Part shown: piece by piece, positions 16,783 to 17,421 of the stretch
How positions within the stretch are numbered: position 1 is the stretch's first letter
Layout: every line of letters starts with the position of its first letter
NCBI GenBank assembly: GCA_965215885.1
Contig: CBDCEW010000055.1
Coordinates: forward strand, 1-17,421
Direction: 5' to 3'
Source of the DNA: Candidatus Moanibacter sp.
Lineage (GTDB): Bacteria; Verrucomicrobiota; Verrucomicrobiia; Opitutales; UBA2987
Length of the DNA: 17,421 bases
Position numbers and translations under genes: made by a program
The notes under the pieces: model-generated
The model's input: the letters and a program-made list of their open reading frames with translations, nothing else
The model's database searches: none
What the model was told of the DNA's origin: nothing

Positions 16783-17421
16783 ATGGAAGAACGTGATCTT
16801 TTCCTTCAAAGCAGTCGAGAACCCTTCTCCTGCGAAACTCACTCCGGAGCAGATCGAGCGTTACAACGAAGAGGGTTTCATTCTGCCGCTCGATCTGTTC
16901 AACGCCGAAGAGATTGCGAAACATCGCGAATATTTTGACAATCTCCTGCAGAAACTATCCGATCTGAATGACGGGCGAGACGCCTATGCCTTAAACCGCT
17001 ACCAGGCCCTCTGTGAAGGCATCTGGGATCTCTGCAACGAGCCGCGCATCCTGGATTACGTCGAAGATATAGTCGGTCCGAATATCATCGCCTGGGCGTC
17101 CCACTACTTCTGTAAGCTTCCCTACGACAAGAAGACAGTCCCATGGCACCAGGATGCATCCTACTGGCACTTGACACCCGCACGAACAGTTACGGTCTGG
17201 CTCGCTCTTGATGATGCCGACGAAGAGAATTCAGCGATGAAGTTCATACCTGGAACCCATAGGCTCGGCCACCTGAAATGGAGGGAAGCGGAAGGCGATA
17301 CCGTCCTGCATCAGGAAATCCCGAAAATCGAACGGTACGGGAAACCCGTATATGATTGTCTGAAAGCGGGGCAAATCTCCCTTCACGCCGATATGCTTGC
17401 TCATGGTTCCGATCCCAACAA
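16783..17421 (+). CDS. Phytanoyl-CoA dioxygenase (PhyH) family Fe(II)/2-oxoglutarate dioxygenase, truncated by the window end; probable 1-nt frameshift near the start
   Basis: Absent from the ORF track because there is no stop in the window. The frame from 16802 reads SFKAVENPSPAKLTPEQIERYNEEGFILP...SHYFCKLP...VPWHQDASYW...VTVWLALDDADEENSAMKFIPGTH...LKAGQISLHADMLAHGSDPN, with the HxD...H iron triad. In-frame alternative starts are GTG 16793, GTG 16742, ATG 16697 and ATG 16640. Confidence 0.9.

Overview
Bacterial chromosomal window, probably PVC superphylum (Verrucomicrobiota/Opitutales-like; this is inferred from gene content and repeat style). The left third is an AT-richer cell-surface glycan locus. 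Two adjacent genes there, an LTA-synthase/sulfatase-family membrane protein and an O-antigen ligase/Wzy-like protein, are each split by a different complete insertion sequence: an ISL3 at 1048-2530 with an 8-bp TSD, and an IS5/ISNCY-like element at 3451-5369 with a 4-bp TSD. Both genes rejoin in frame when the IS is removed. A convergent SGNH hydrolase follows. The middle is core genome: rodA-like SEDS protein, RNase E/G and glycerate kinase. The right third has a NitT/TauT (SsuA/THI5-type) ABC importer on the minus strand and a divergent, window-truncated PhyH-family dioxygenase with a probable 1-nt frameshift near its start. The intergenic spacers contain many small structured elements: two GTAG-type REP doublets, a 62-bp MITE-like element, a 15-bp palindrome present twice, and six short phased arrays with periods of 8, 10 or 12 bp. 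I see no CRISPR array, rRNA, tRNA or clear riboswitch. I cannot demonstrate a new multi-gene system; the phased-repeat and REP mosaic is the least-explained signal.
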